From positions 248,001 through 312,000 of the forward strand of contig NW_026938421.1 in NCBI RefSeq assembly GCF_032062105.1: a stretch of DNA of 64,000 bases, read 5' to 3'. This stretch comes from Saccostrea cucullata. Its lineage: Eukaryota. The notes under the pieces are model-generated. The model was not told where the DNA came from. It ran no database searches and saw nothing but the letters and a program-made list of their open reading frames with translations. Position 1 is the stretch's first letter; each line of letters opens with the position of its first letter. A program made the translations under genes and the position numbers. Below are positions 62,849 to 64,000 of the stretch, piece after piece.

Positions 62849-64000
62849 CCATAGCAATCTGATCAAATTATTAATGATTTAGACTGTGAATGAAACCTGC
62901 TGAAATTTTCTTTTCTCTTTGATAGGAAGACAGATATATTAGTCCCACTTTTTATCAATTTTTGTTTTATGTTTTTCCGTCCAGTTTATATCAGGGTGGG
63001 TAAATACTGGTGGAATTCCCTCATTCATACATGGAAATTAATCAGTCAGTTTGTATTCTGAAGATCAGAGATATTTTCTTAGATTGATCTGGTCAAATAT
63101 TTTTAAGTAAAAAAGATAAATTCATTTGTCTTTTTATGACTTTCAAGTATCGTATGCACTTTGTAGATATGTAAATTTTTAAGGAAAAAGTTTTTTTGAT
63201 GAGTAAAATGCAGTCGTTGTCCTGTAAATTTAGTCCTTGTGACCATTAGGACTGCAATGACAATGTTTTTCTGATTGAATTTAGCTGCCTCTTTGAACAT
63301 TTTACATTTGTCAGATGTATTTAAAATTGTGTTCTTTAGTGAGTGAAAGATATTACTACATGTAGTTCTTTGGTAATTGCTGATTGTGATGGAAGAGTGC
63401 TTTTATGATCTTTGAATATTCTTGTAAGCATTTTATGCATGCTGAGTCCTCCATTGTACTAAGAGCCTTTTCTAGAGAGGGTTGGGGTAAAGTGAACAGC
63501 TGAGAATCAGATTCATCATTATAGTACAGTATCACCAAATAACGCTTTATGTCACACATGTAAAAGAATCTGTCCCTTTGAATAGTGCAGAAGATGTTGT
63601 GTCCGAGTACCTACCCGTTCATAGTATAGAGACGGAAATTAAGTATATAATTATACACAGATTATATTTCTTATGAATTTGATCTATTTTGATTACCTTG
63701 GTAGATTGTGTATATTTAGCTCCAATTGCATACATGTACATGTATTTGTGTTCGGTAAAAAAGGTTGTGTGTCATGCTGCTTGGGATTTTTGTCATCATA
63801 CCATGTAATGTACCAGCATTTAGTGTACTGGGTATATCACAAGTATTTATGTAATGAAGTTATAAACATCTACTTATATGAGACATATGATATTCAATTT
63901 GATCAAATTCAGTACATACACAACCAAGAGTTATAAAATGTTACTTATGGAAAATACACATGTATACAAATATCAACTGTGAATGGTTCATGAGCCATTG

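Noticed and set aside
63103-63559. Two short minus-strand ORFs after TXNDC5
   Set aside because: No recognisable domain or consistent splice structure; cannot be supported as a gene.

Overview
AT-rich eukaryotic genomic DNA with spliceosomal introns. The repeat content (Helentron-like elements with internal tandem repeats, including a ~166-bp Cg170-like satellite) points to a bivalve, probably an oyster; this is inference. I assembled four host genes by hand from splice sites: the first coding exon of an SLC23-family transporter (minus strand, runs off the left edge), a complete SH3BP2-like PH+SH2 adaptor (minus, 11 coding exons, one probable GC-AG intron), RPLP1 (minus, 5 coding exons), and TXNDC5/ERp46 (plus, 9 exons), which lies head-to-head with RPLP1. 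More than half of the window is mobile or repetitive DNA: a decayed Ty3/Gypsy retrotransposon with a complete two-gene PIF/Harbinger transposon inserted in gag, many non-autonomous Helentron-like elements (several nested), Kolobok-, IS3EU-, Harbinger-, mariner- and Crypton-like MITEs, SINEs, and a 16-bp satellite region with a ~3.1-kb tandem duplication. The three most interesting candidates are: (1) a stem-loop in the RPLP1 5'UTR that, from my recollection of the human mRNA, is conserved with compensatory changes and resembles the 28S rRNA P-stalk binding site, suggesting an rRNA-mimic autoregulatory leader; (2) three degenerate copies of the RPLP1 exon-2 end plus 5' splice site inside intron 2; (3) six unrelated Helentron-like families whose nucleosome-sized (about 140-166 bp) repeat units each carry a different canonical transcription-factor motif. 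No databases were searched; family names rest on recognised motifs.
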